Shown here piece by piece: positions 28,410 to 41,430 of a DNA stretch of 64,000 bases. The notes under the pieces were generated by a model that made no database searches, was not told the DNA's origin, and saw only the letters and a list, made by a program, of their open reading frames with translations. The stretch's first letter is position 1. Each line of letters starts with the position of its first letter. Origin of the DNA: the human T2T-CHM13v2.0 reference genome, Homo sapiens. The position numbers and the translations under genes are program-made. Where the stretch lies: NCBI RefSeq assembly GCF_009914755.1, contig NC_060933.1. The stretch is one strand, 5' to 3'.

Positions 28410-29364
28410 TTAGGGTATTATACCTTTTTTTGTTTTTTGTTTTTGAGACTAACGTATCTGAACTTGCACAGATCTATGTGATTATGAGAGTGTAGTCTGA
28501 GGAGTTAGAATAAAATTATGTGTCAGGCCTAATTAATGATTTTGGCCCTGTTAGTTACCACCACCAGACATATTCTTGGTTAAATAAGAGGTTACTTTGA
28601 TGCTAACACTTAGCAGTGCTTTGTTACTTCTTACTATAGAAATAATGAGCAATTATGAATTATGAAGTCATAATACAAGTTAGAAATAACTGTTAATAAT
28701 AGATTCTTAATTCTAACTGTCTTCACTAACATTAGGGTTATTAGAAAACAATGAGATATAGAATGTCTTCCATTTGTCCATAATATTATATATATAGTAC
28801 TATTCAGAGGGCAATTTGTATTAATAACATATAAACTGTTGGGTTCTTAAAGCCATTGAACATTTTGCATTTTAAAGTTTTATACACAGTCCCATGTTTT
28901 TATACCTTATATATTGGGGGATGTTAGGCACTTTCGCTTTGTGTTGGATAGAATATAGAACAGATGCCTTTTTCATGCTGTAGTTCTGATCTAATGTGAT
29001 TTGATTGTGCCTCAAAGATAATTAGCTGATAACCTTCAAGAGCAATAACATTTTTGGGAAAGGAGAGGCTAGAGTTTGATTTAAAAATTTAGGGTGTTTA
29101 AAACTAACTTTTGCTTTTTAAATTATCCATTCCCATTTCTTAAGGAAATAGCAATAAATATGTTGTTTGATTTTTTTTTTTTGGCATAAGTCATTTTTAT
29201 CGGTAAATACATTTTTGGTGGCTACTGTAAAGGGCAGTATTTTAGATCTAAAGGATAAGATAGGACAGGATAGGTCTAGAGATATGATATCTACTCAGGC
29301 ATCACCAGAAGACAACAATTTGTGTTTCATTTGGGCTTATTTGTTTTGAGACTGGATTATGAGA

Positions 29365-29495
29365 TTAATTTTTGTATTTTTGGTAGAAACGGGGTTTTGA
29401 CATGTTTCCCAGGCTGGTCTAGAACTCCTGGGATCAAGCCATCCACCTGCCTCGGCCTCCCAAAGTTCTGGGACTACAGGTTATAGCCATGTGCC
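29365..29495 (-). mobile_element. Alu left monomer (AluJ-like)
   Basis: taatttttgtatttttggtagaaacgggg...cctcggcctcccaaag. Confidence 0.8.
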
Positions 29496-30459
29496 TCGTG
29501 TCATTTGGACATATTTAAATCTTCAAAATAAGAGTTTGCCATCGGCTCCTCCCTTCTTTATGATTGTCCTGTTCAAAAATCTAATTCATCTTCTACATTG
29601 GGTTCTTTTCATAATTGTTGGAAAATTAATAATTTTCTATGAAAGACAGTAATTCTTTTTAAATTTTAAATATTATCCTCTTTAGGTTATAATATGATAT
29701 GTTCGAAATTCACTAGAGTTTTATTTTATGTAAGCAAGAAATCAACTTTTTCCCAGTATGTTCTGAAAGTTATTCTTCAATCCTGAGATTCAAGTGGATA
29801 TTATTTCATGTCTCCCAAAACCACATACATGTGGCCATGTAATACCAAGCTCTTATGTTAAAAGGAGGCCTATTTTGTTTTTTAAATACAGTGGAGAACG
29901 AAGAAGTCCCATGAGTCGAACCCCTGCCTCCATCTTATTTTACTTTACAGCATCCTACCTTGGACACCTGGGCAGTATTAATTCATGTTATGGACATTTC
30001 CTTTCATTAATGCCTGTCATCTGCTGGGCCTCCAGTTTCAGTTGTTTGCTCTAGATGTGAAGCCATGGAGTTGAGTCTGGTTGCAACATATGATCCAAAC
30101 AGGAGCTTGATGTACACTGCTGTCACCTCTCCTGTGACAATGGCCCAGTCCTCTAGGGTTTTTTCAATCCCCCACAAGTCTGGGATTGCTCCTCCTGTTT
30201 GATTCTTCAGAACCACTATGCACTTACTTCCCCTTGACCCTTAAGACCATTTGTTAGATGCAGTATTCTGATTCTTATTTCTTTTGTTGCTTCCACTTTT
30301 TCAGTAAGGCAAAATAAGATAACACTAGAAACCTCAATGTTCTTGTGGTCAGGTTACCAAAAAGCAATTTGTATAAGCCATATTCGGCCTTTTAAAAATA
30401 GGCACTTATCTAGCATTTTCAGCAACATTCTACAAGAACAAAAAGTTTAATTCTATTGT

Positions 30460-30592
30460 GAGCCCCATGAGGATAGTTACCACTGTTACTCTCAGTTTTT
30501 CAGATGGAGAAACTGAGGCACAGAGAGGTTAAATAAGCTGTTCAAGATTTCATAGCTTGTCAGTGTTGAAGCTGGGGTTTGAATTTAGTCTT
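30460..30592 (-). mobile_element. MIR
   Basis: Core cagatggagaaactgaggcacagagaggttaaataa. Confidence 0.8.
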
Positions 30593-31699
30593 TTAAACAC
30601 TATTTGCATTGTGGGTCTTACAGTTTCTCAGCAAATTGATATGATGTAATCTTTTTCACATCTTCCATTGCATAATAATTCCAAATAAACTTTAAAGGTG
30701 TAATCTTTTTATATTATCTTTTATACCATTACTGAGATTGTAATTGTTGGTGGGTTTAGGTTATTTAGAAAAATTTAGTATAGGTGGGTTTTCTGGTTGA
30801 TTTAATCCTCAAGTAACAAATCTTACGACACATGGTGGCATGTTTCTGTACCTCCTGAAGGGTAGTTTGTTAGGGCTGTTGTAATAGCCCAGTGAGGTTC
30901 TGTCCACTCAGTCGTTCTGCATCTGTGGCTTGTCCTTGGAGTCATTCCTTTCTTTTTTTCTGTCTCTGTTCCTTTCAGTTCAGGCTGGCAGCATTTCTGC
31001 TGGTATAAAAGTCTCAAAATCCTTGTCAGTCTTCTGTGTAGTTCATGGACATCCAAGCATCAAGCAAGACAGTCCTGCACAGCTCTCTCCTGGATAACCA
31101 CATTCTCTCTTCCTGGCTTCTGCTGACATGGTTGATTGGATCCACGAGTCACATACTTCATCTGTTTAGCAAGTTTGTCCAGCAGTACCATCCTCCAGTC
31201 TCGGAGCACACTCCTCTTTGACCATGGCTTATCTGCTGTTTCTGTTTAGGCTTCATAGCATCATCTGAGCAAACAAGATGAATATTAATAAGGTCAAAGG
31301 TTTTTTTTTTCTGAGACACTTTCCTCAGAAATAGTGTTCTGTACCTCACCAGCTTATCTGCCCTAGGGATGTTGCAATTGTAATCATGATCAGGCCTAAA
31401 TCAGCTCATTAAAGTGGGGAGCATCACTTTTGTTCACTGTTTATTTTTCTTTGTGAAGCAATATTAGTAACACTTTAAGAAAGTTTCTGGTTGTAAGTCC
31501 AAGCTTTTTTCCCCCTTTTGTCAAAAGATTACATCTTAATCCAAAATATCTTTCAATTTCTCAGGATCTTCATTTTCTTTATTCCAATGGCAAGATAATT
31601 ATGCAAGGTAACTTAGAAACCTCATTATACGTAACCAATAATAGAAAGCAGTAGTGCAGATAAATAGTATTAGGTTCAGAGGAACAGTTGGGACAATTT

Positions 31700-32400
31700 A
31701 TATTCAGAGCCGAGGATGAAGTTTTGCTGGATAGCCGGCTAGTATGCAGGAAGGTGGTGTGGTAGGAGGAAAATACTGAAGTAAATGAAGCATAAGGGGC
31801 ATTTGGGCTCCCATGACTTGGGTTGAAGAGGAATATACATGTTGACTTGCTGTGGGAGAGAAACCTGAAAATCTCATTGGTGGAGTAAAGTCTTGGAGCC
31901 CTTAATGCCAGGCTCATAAATTTAGACCTTATTCTAGGTCTAAGAAAAGCAGGGTGATTACACCTTATTGAACTCAGGAATGAAAGATTGTAAGAGATTT
32001 GGGGGAGACGAAAGTAACAGCTATAACGATGGATTATTGTTAGGAGAGACTACAGGCAGGGAAATTAGCCTTGTTATGCTAGGATTCAAGGCCTGGCAGT
32101 GCAGCTGCAAGGATGCTGGCAGAAGGAATTGAGACAGGAGATGCCGTAAATGGAGACAAGGCTGAATTTTTAGGGGTGAAGACATAGGGAGTGTCTAGGA
32201 ATGTGGACTATGTATGTAGGAGAATAGAAGAACTGTGGTATCATTTGGTAGCGACAGAGTGTGGTTTGAAGTTGAAGACATTAATTTTAGGTATTTTGAA
32301 TGTAATGGCCATTAGGATGAGAACTCTGTGGTGGGAGTTTGGGTTTGGATATATTAAGACTTTGGAGTTAATTTGCATGGAGGTGATAATTGTATCACCA
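31700..32400 (-). mobile_element. L2 remnant
   Basis: Purine-rich antisense L2-like text, e.g. tttagaccttattctagg, ttttaggtattttgaatg, catggaggtgataattg. Confidence 0.45.
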
Positions 32401-33279
32401 AGATATCTAAAGTCTTATTGTGTCAAAACTGTTCAGTCAGTCTGTTACCGGGTATGTTAGGGATTGTCAAGGTCTATCAGTTAAATCTTGGAGATTATTT
32501 ATGCACCACCATTTGAATGATAACTTCCCTGTTGCGTAGTGCTGGCCTAGACCTAATAAAACTTTGTGTGAAGTCTTTATAGAAAACTTGCTTAATAAGA
32601 TGTGACTGATAACTATGTATTCATGAGAATTAAAGGTATAGTAGATTCAAAATAATTTTTTCTTTGAACTTCTCACCTTTACCCCATGTCTTCATTTTAG
32701 TGGATATGTTTGTTGTTGTTGTTGATGGTATTGGATGTTGTATGTGATGTGATGTAGAAAAGGCTGTTCATTTGCTCCTAATTTTGGGTTACCTTATGAG
32801 AGTTCGTTAATAACCATAAATATAATAAAATATATCTTAGAGTAAATTTATCTCAACTCACTGGTTAAAGTATTCTAATCACACATTCATTGGGTTATTT
32901 TATTTGTTGACAACCCAGGTTTTCAGCTTTACAGACCTTTTAGCGCTCAGTTCATTGACACATCATTGTGATGGGCAAATAATCTTTCCATTGCAGGCGT
33001 GCTTCCAAATGAGCACTCTTTCCTTTTAGTTTTTCTTAGTACATAGTTCCCTGTGAGGTCCACAAACCATTATAACCACATTATAAATGTGAATATATAG
33101 ATTCTCATCTCTATTCAGAAGAAATTGGGTTTATCACCCATTGAATGTTTGATAATGTAATGCATTATCCTCCATTATGTAGTGACTAAGTATTCATGGA
33201 TGATGTGTTCAAGGACCAACTCTGTGTTACTGTATAGTTAGCGAAACGTTTAACACTCTCCAACCCGGTTGTGTTTCAG

Positions 33280-33473
33280 TGCACTTGCAGGAAAGACATG
33301 GTGAAGATTTCAATGGATATCTTTGTGAGGAAATTTCAGCCAGACAGATATCAGCTTTGGAAACAAGGAAAGGATATATACACCATTGATCACACGAAGC
33401 CTACTCCAGCATCCACCCCTGAAGTAAAAGCATGGCTGCAGAGGAGGAGGAAAGTAAGAAAAGCATCCCGAAG
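33280..33473 (+). CDS. KDM4C: KDM4C internal coding exon (probably exon 9, ~aa 308-372): Zn-binding CxC and C-terminal helices after JmjC, plus basic RRRKVRK stretch
   Basis: tttcag|TGC acceptor (AG 33278-79) and AAG|gtaatg donor (GT 33474-75). 194 nt, phase 0 to 2. Translates [64 protein letters not shown], recognised as KDM4C. Confidence 0.97.
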
Positions 33474-35808
33474 GTAATGACCCCTCACCCCACTGACCTG
33501 CCTTGCCTGTCGTGTTTTCTCAGTTAAAATGGGTCATTGGATGTGGCAATTTACTTGCTTTTTCTATTTATTCATCATAACTTAATACCTTTCTGAAAAT
33601 GTGAGACATTATTTTTAATTCTTAGGTGTGTAATAAATACAATATAGGAAGAGATGTATATTTATTTTGTTTGAGAATATTCCTGAAGTTGCTCGACATG
33701 GCAAATAGAACAATATAGAACTTGTTAGACCACTTACATGAATGTGTTTTATGGTTGTATTATTCCTTTCTGTGCATTTCCATATTTTAATCAATAACTT
33801 GATTTTCCACTTTTTCATTTTGCCACCATTTTGCTTTTTGGCTTTAGTGGTTATCTTCTTCATTTGTCCAACATCTGAGCTACTGCTCTCTTCTGGATGC
33901 TTATATTTTACTACATTTTATGCACATGGTTTTATTCTTTTGTAAGATGTAAAACACAGCATATAGCATTTCTGTAACATGCTTATCCTTGTGAACTTTA
34001 TTCTCCATTCCATCTTTGTGGCCAGGATCATTTCAAAAGCTTTTAGATGTGCTGTGGGCATCTTGTTGTTTTAAAACCTATTGAATAGGGTGTGTGTGGT
34101 GTTGCTCAGGTCCTTAGGCTACCTTTTAAGGGTCTTATGTTTTCCAATTTTATGTTAAATTTTCCTCTTCAATATTACTCATTGTTTTTCTTTCAGATTA
34201 TAAAAGTAATATTTGTGCATTGGAGGAAATTTGTAAAATAAGGAAAAGAATAATGAAGGAATCCCATATCACTCATAACCTCACTATCCAGAGATAACCA
34301 GTATTAACATTTTGTATATATCCTTTACCTATATATTTATTATATATTTTATAATATTATATATCTTTCCAAAATTGGGGCCATGCTCTGTTAATAATCT
34401 GACAATCAGTTTTGAGTGTTTTTTTCATGTAACTGATTGATTTGCTGCAACATAATTTTTAATGCCTGCATGTATTTAATCCCCTGTAGCTTGTGTCCAC
34501 TTTTTTGATATTAACTAAGTAACACCATAATTTTACATCTTTGCCCAGACTTATGATGCTTATTTTCTGTCTTTTTTTTTCCCTGATATTTATTTTCTGC
34601 TTATTTAGAGTGGTAGTGAGTGGAAGAACCTTAGGAACATGGAGTCAAACTTCGGCATCTTATAAGAGGTAGACCTGAGGTGCAGAACTAACTCAGGTGT
34701 TGATATTTCACCCTGTAGTTTACCGCAATGATCGTCAAAGTGTTTGTTAGTAGGTCAGGACCAACATTTTAAAATGAGGTGGTAAAATAGAATAAAAAGT
34801 ATTATAGTGCTTCCTCTGTGGTAAGGGCAAATATTCACTCATGACATGTGTGAGTATGTGTGTATGTGTGTATATAGTGTCACTATCTGAAATATATAAC
34901 TCACTGTGGGTTACATTCAAGAAAAGTTTGAGAAATACTAATTTGGACAGTCAGTGTCTTTGATAACTGTGTTAATTCACAGCACTAAAGAAGCCAGCGC
35001 TGGAAGGAGGCAGTATCCAATCCTGAGTTCAGAATACACACCAGGAGAACATCTTGAGCATTGTTCTGTCATGGATGGAAAACACAATATTTTCATTAGG
35101 TGTATGACTTGGTTTCCAGGTATTAACCACAGTGGGCCTTTTGGGTTGATAGAGAACATGGATTTATGACACTTGAACAGATCAAAATGCTTGTCAGTAG
35201 GTTCAAATAATCAATGGAACTTGCTCACCTACTTAGAAAGCCTGACTATGGGCTTGTTTAATATGCTCAGCCTTGTGGCTTGATATTTAGAGATTATTGA
35301 TCTCCCTTTGGAAATAGCCCATTTAGGGAAGTCTGATGAAGGGAATGATTCATTGATGTCTCAAGCACATGTCAGCCTTCTTTTTTTCACATATACTACA
35401 CTGTTTATAATGTTGAGATTTTCCCACATCAGCCAATGCATGGATTTGCAACAAAAGCAATGATGGTGATGATCATACTACTGCAGTTACTGCCATCAGT
35501 AGCAGTGAAAGCTAATTTATATAGGTTATCGCAGGCCACCCTATTCTCTGCCCTCCCTGACTTCCTACAGTGCTTAGTCCTGTGTTGGTTTCTTGTGTGT
35601 GTATAATACATATGGGTGTGTTTTGGACACTGTTGCTTTGAGTTGATTTGTAATTGTTCCTAATTGTTAGGAATGTTTGTTTCATATGTAAAAAGCATAT
35701 ATGCCAAAGCTATCAAGTGACCTGCTGGAAAATACTCAGGAAGAAGATAAAAATTGTGTTCACTCTGAAAATAGTATGTTGATGTACGATGTTAAATACA
35801 TAAAATTA

Positions 35809-35926
35809 GGCTGAATGTGGTGGCTCATGCCTGTTATCCCAGCACTTTGGGAGGCAGTGGGGGAGGATCACTTGAGGCCAGGAGTTCTAGACCACCCGGG
35901 ACAATATAGTGAGACAGTGTCTTTAT

Positions 35927-35927
<1 letters not shown>
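35809..35927 (+). mobile_element. FLAM/Alu left monomer
   Basis: ggctgaatgtggtggctcatgcctgttatcccagcactttgggagg... Confidence 0.85.

Positions 35928-35957
<30 letters not shown>
35928..35957. repeat. (AC)15 microsatellite
   Basis: Perfect dinucleotide run replacing the monomer tail. Confidence 0.95.
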
Positions 35958-35958
<1 letters not shown>

Positions 35959-36510
35959 AGTTAGCCTGTGTCTGTTTTAAATCCTTTCGCTATTGATGAA
36001 TTGGCATTTAATTTGAACTATTTTCATACATACCTGACAATTATACAAAACTCAATGAAAAGTAGTCAGTAGTTTACCTTGAAATATAAAAAATTTACTT
36101 TTAGCACTAGCCTAACAGGATATTCTGATTTTTCATTTATTTTCTTCATTTTCTAAATATTTTATTTATTGATTTTATTTCTGTCTCATTTCAACATTTT
36201 TTACTTTATTTTTATTTTCAGACTTTTAAAATGTTGTCACAAAATGTTAGGAATGGCCCTTTTTCAAAATAATGTTTAATAATTATTTACAGTTGTGTGA
36301 ATTTTAAAGTTTTATTGATTGATAAGAAAATTGTGTTTAAGATTTTGATTTCAAATTTAATCATTCAGTTGTGAACATTGACTTGGCATAGTGATTAACA
36401 ATGTCAGTTGTTTCCTTCTTTAAGCAAGTGAAAATGACATTTATATTGGGATGTGTTTTTCATATCCATTGCAGACATCCCGCTCTGACCACTGCTTCTC
36501 TTGTTGACAG

Positions 36511-36749
36511 CTTCCAGTGTGCTAGGTCTACCTCTAAAAGGCCTAAGGCTGATGAGGAAGAGGAAGTGTCAGATGAAGTCAATGGGGCAGAGGTCCCTAA
36601 CCCCGACTCAGTCACAGATGACCTCAAGGTCAGTGAAAAGTCAGAAGCAGCAGTGAAGCTGAGGAACACAGAAGCATCTTCAGAAGAAGAGTCATCTGCT
36701 AGCAGGATGCAGGTGGAGCAGAATTTATCAGATCATATCAAACTCTCAG
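36511..36749 (+). CDS. KDM4C: KDM4C coding exon (probably exon 10, ~aa 372-452), acidic disordered linker
   Basis: ttctcttgttgacag|C acceptor and CAG|gtgaga donor. 239 nt, phase 2 to 1. Translates (S)[33 protein letters not shown]...DHIKLS(G), in frame with the previous exon. Confidence 0.97.
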
Positions 36750-38047
36750 GTGAGAAGATGGTTGATTAGGTTTCACATATAAGTAGTAGGTGGTTGATGA
36801 TCAGATGTCTTAAATGGATGTTCGCTATGACAAGTATCTGACTAGTCCACATAGCTTAATCAGTAATCTACCAAAGTCATGGGTAACTCAACCAATAGTC
36901 CCAGGGAATATTGTAAAAGTCAGGAGCCTCACTGCTATGTGTAGCAGAATTGTGAGACAAGCAGCCAGCAGTGCCTATTTGGTTTAATAAAAAAGAAGAT
37001 TCTAAAATGAGTTTTTTTTTTTTCGTGCAACTCAATTTACAATATACGTTTTTGGAAGGCTTCTTTTGAATTCACATGAGTAGAGAAAACCAATTATAGA
37101 TAATTCTTTGTAGATTCTTAGCTTTCGACTTAAGAAGAAAATAAAGATCAAGGTTTTAAGAACAACAACAATAATGAAAAGTCAACCTAGTGAAATGACA
37201 TGTATAGTCCCCTTGCTTCTCTTTTGTACTAAAGCCATTGTCTGAAAATCTCAGCTACTTTGCCTTTTCTCCCTTTGGTAGCATATTTTTCTGAAACTGC
37301 TTTAGTGATTTGCCTCTTTCATATTTGTTGGAGTTTTTGTATTGTAATAAGCTAATTCCTGTGTTCCTCTCATACTTCTCATCCTGTAAATCCTTCCTCA
37401 TGGGACTCCCCCCTCCGCCAGAATCCGACTCCCTCTGCTGCTTCCTCCTCACTCATGGCACCATAGCTGTTGCCTGGATGACTGCAGCAATTGCTTCCTT
37501 CTTATTCAGGAATGTCAGCTGTAGTCACCCCCGCTAGTCAGTTCTCCAGGTGGCCATTAGAGTGATCCTTTAAAAGAAAAAAAGCTTAGGTCTTGTGACT
37601 ACCTTCTTCTTAGTATTATTCCACCTATAATAAAAGAAAAAGTCTTCACATAGTCCTAAACTGGTCCTCAGCTGCTACTCCAGCCTCATTGCCTTTGCTC
37701 TTGAAATAGCTGTGTGGATAGAGTTTAAACCACAGAACTTTTAAAAAATGAGTTCATGTTTTAGTGGAGAGCTAGGCAAATAACCACATAATTACAATCC
37801 AATGTGGTAAGTAGCATTATAGAGATTGCATAGGATGTTGCTGGTTTACCAAGGAAGGACTTCAAACACACAAGAGCTGGATAGCCAAGGTTTCTTGGCA
37901 AAGGTGATATCTGAATTGAGTTTTGATGAATGGATATAAGATAGCAAGGTAGAGAAGGTAGGGAAGGGAATTACAACAAATGCAGAATAGAGAGTTAGGC
38001 AATACATATGGATATTTCACTATAGTCCCTTTTTTTAAAATTTTTAA

Positions 38048-38338
<291 letters not shown>

Positions 38339-38691
38339 CCTCATCATGCTTTCTCTTACACTGTGTTTAATTAGCCAGTTTATGAATTGCTTTATGGTTT
38401 TGCCTAAGGGCCCTGAATTTCATTAGTTCTGTCACTACATGGTTCTTTGCACATTGATCTCCAGATTTTGAGCCCTGGCATAATACTTGAGTAGAAGAAC
38501 TGGGTTGTTCAGTATCAGAGCTAGTATGTGATGGGTACAAATGAGGTTTGTTTTGTGTGTGTGCATGTATGTGCGTGTGCATGCGTGTGTATGTGTGTGT
38601 AAGATACAGAATCAGTTGGGAATAGTTTACCAATTCTACTTAGTAGTAATACAGTGCATGATTTATTAACAGTCTTCTGTTTTATCCTCAG

Positions 38692-39014
38692 GAAACAGCT
38701 GCTTAAGTACATCTGTAACAGAAGACATAAAAACTGAGGATGACAAAGCTTATGCATATAGAAGTGTACCTTCTATATCCAGTGAGGCTGATGATTCCAT
38801 TCCATTGTCTAGTGGCTATGAGAAGCCCGAGAAATCAGACCCATCCGAGCTTTCATGGCCAAAGTCACCTGAGTCATGCTCATCAGTGGCAGAGAGTAAT
38901 GGTGTGTTAACAGAGGGAGAAGAGAGTGATGTGGAGAGCCATGGGAATGGCCTTGAACCTGGGGAAATCCCAGCGGTCCCCAGTGGAGAGAGAAATAGCT
39001 TCAAAGTCCCCAGT
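38692..39014 (+). CDS. KDM4C: KDM4C coding exon (probably exon 11, ~aa 452-559), Ser/Glu-rich linker
   Basis: tcttctgttttatcctcag|GA acceptor and AGT|gtatgt donor. 323 nt, phase 1 to 0. Translates (G)[27 protein letters not shown]...[10 protein letters not shown]. Confidence 0.96.
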
Positions 39015-39259
39015 GTATGTGGCAATATCCATTTTTTACCATATTCATTATATGGTGAGAGCACATTTTGAAAACAACATGCTGTGCACTGAAATCCTCC
39101 TTTAGGGCACAGATAAATAACATTTTACATTTATGGGTCTTAATCATATTCATTCAATAACTGGGAGGTAAGCCTCCTGTGAGCTGTGGCTCACATAGTG
39201 ATAATTTAGCACATGGAGCTTATGGCCACGTGTCGATGCTTGATTTTCTTTTTTTTGTT

Positions 39260-39445
39260 AAAAAATTAAACTCTTTATTTTGAGGTAATTGTAGACTCGT
39301 ATGCAGTTGTGGGAAATAGTGCACAGTGATTCTTTGTACCCTTTACTCAGTTTCTCACAATGCTACCATCTTAGAAAACTATAGTAGAAAGTCACAATCA
39401 TATCGACATTGATACAGTAAAGATTACAGAATTGTTCTGTCACCT
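39260..39445 (-). mobile_element. L1MC-like 3' end fragment
   Basis: tttattttgaggtaattgtagactc..gcagttgt...gtaccctttactcagtttc...gacattgatacagt. Confidence 0.6.
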
Positions 39446-40222
39446 GCAGAAGAATTCACCTGCTGGGCACTGATCACTTTCTGCCAATAGTTAATACCTC
39501 CTGGTCCCAGCCTTCCCACAGCTTCTGTTTCAGTGTCAGGACTCACCTGGTCATGCTTTCTTCTTACTCTTTCCTCATGGACCCTGAATCTCAGGACCAG
39601 GGTGACCTTTCTTGTCCTGCCCCCTCCTCGAAAGAGGCCCTTTGCCTCTGAGAAAAGACTCCTCTATATTATTTAGCTTCCCATTGTGACTTTTTGGAAA
39701 ATTGTACAATATTGTCCTTGTACAGTATTAATATTCCATATTCAGTAGAAACTGTCCATGTAGCCATAAGAGTGGATCAGGGGAGCTAGGACTGTCTGTA
39801 GCGATTGTCAGAATTCAGTACTTTTTTTTGATGTATCCAGCCTGATTAGGGAATTCAGGTGGATCAGGAAGGAGTAATTGTTTGAGCTGATAGGTTGCGC
39901 TGGCTGCAGAACAGACACTGCTCCTGCTGGTTTCAACTCAAAATAGATCCTTGTGTCCCTGAGTAGGAGCAAGGGAGGTTGTATAAGGACAGCAGCTTTG
40001 AATACCTTGCTTCTTATCAGTCTTAAAATGTTAATTAAAATATACTTTTCTGATTTGACCCAATAGTGTTTATCTTTTTATGTAGAATTGTATATCTCAT
40101 TGAATTATAAACACATCAAAAATATGAAAGATAAAAAAAATATGGTCTGGTTTCTTTGAAAAGGTGCCTAAGAGTAGTTTGAAAATAGCATTCACATACT
40201 AATAAGCAAAATTTACAACTTT

Positions 40223-40534
40223 GGCCAAATGTGGTGGCTTATTTCTGTAATCCCTGCACTTTGAGAGACTGTGGTGGGAGGATCCCCTTGAGCCCAGAGG
40301 TTCGAGATGAGCCTGGACAACATGGTCACACTCTGTGTCTACAAAAAAAAAATAAAAAAAAATTTAGTGGTGTGTGCCTGTGGTCCTAGCTACTAGGGAG
40401 GCTAAGGTAGGAGGATCACTCGAGCTCAGGAATTCAAGGCTGCAGTGAGCTGTGATCCCACCACTGCACTCTAGCCTGGGTGACAGAGTGAGAGACCCTG
40501 TCTCTTAAAAAAAAAAAAAAAAAAAAAAGGAAAA
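40223..40534 (+). mobile_element. AluJ
   Basis: J-type caaggctgcagtgagctgtgat, long A-tail, perfect 14-bp TSD aaaatttacaactt (40208-21 / 40535-48). Confidence 0.92.
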
Positions 40535-41004
40535 AAAATTTACAACTTAATTTCATGAATGGCTTAAATGTAGCCAAGCAGATATTCATTCTTTGGACAG
40601 GTGACTGAGTCAAATGCCTGCTTTAGTTATTTTTAGCGACCTTCTTTAAAGTAGAATGGAGCTGAAAGTAATTCTCAGATTTCTTTGCTCTCAAGGAAGG
40701 TGATTATAGATCTAGTGCTGTTTATCTTCATCTTTATCACTTCCCCAAGCAAAGACTGACAGCAGAGAAACCAACATTGCTACTGAAGGCTGAGAGGCTT
40801 GGCTTGCCTGTAAGAACAGCTGCATGACATCCTTTTCTTACACCATGGTGTTGGATAACTAACTCCTAGATGTAATACAGCCCCACTTAATTTTTGTGTA
40901 GTTTTGGTCAGTGTTTTTTAGTATTCAGTGTAATGCTATGTGTATGCTGATAGCTGCTGGCATTAGCTGATCTACTCAATAAGTATTATGTTATTTTTTA
41001 AAGT

Positions 41005-41060
41005 CATCCATCCATCCATCCATCCATCCATCCATCCATCCATCCATCCATCCATTCATC
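41005..41060. repeat. (CATC)12-CATT-CATC tetranucleotide STR
   Basis: Read directly. Confidence 0.95.
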
Positions 41061-41069
41061 TTGGGCTCA

Positions 41070-41430
41070 AAGCTGTACCTGGAACACACCGAGTATGTTC
41101 TCACTTTACGTGCTATTCTTGCTCCCCCAGATGCTCCTCCCCCAGATAATCATATGTATGCACTCAAAGTTCCCCTCAAGTATCACTGTATCAGAAAGGC
41201 CTTCTCTGATTACCCTATAAAACTGCCCCCTCCCCATCACTTTCTATTCCTTTGTCCTTCTTTATTTTCCTTCGTTACATATTTACCGAGTAGTATTTGA
41301 TAAATACGACTTATTCATTTATTATGTATTCCCTTACCCCTCTATAATCTACACTTCTTGAGAGCAGAAACCTGATGTAATTTATCCTGCTATAGCTCCA
41401 GCTATGACAACGGTATGGTGCATAGTAGTG
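41070..41430 (+). mobile_element. L2 3' region
   Basis: cagaaaggccttctctgattacccta...ttcttgagagcagaaacc...ggtgcatagtag. Confidence 0.65.
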
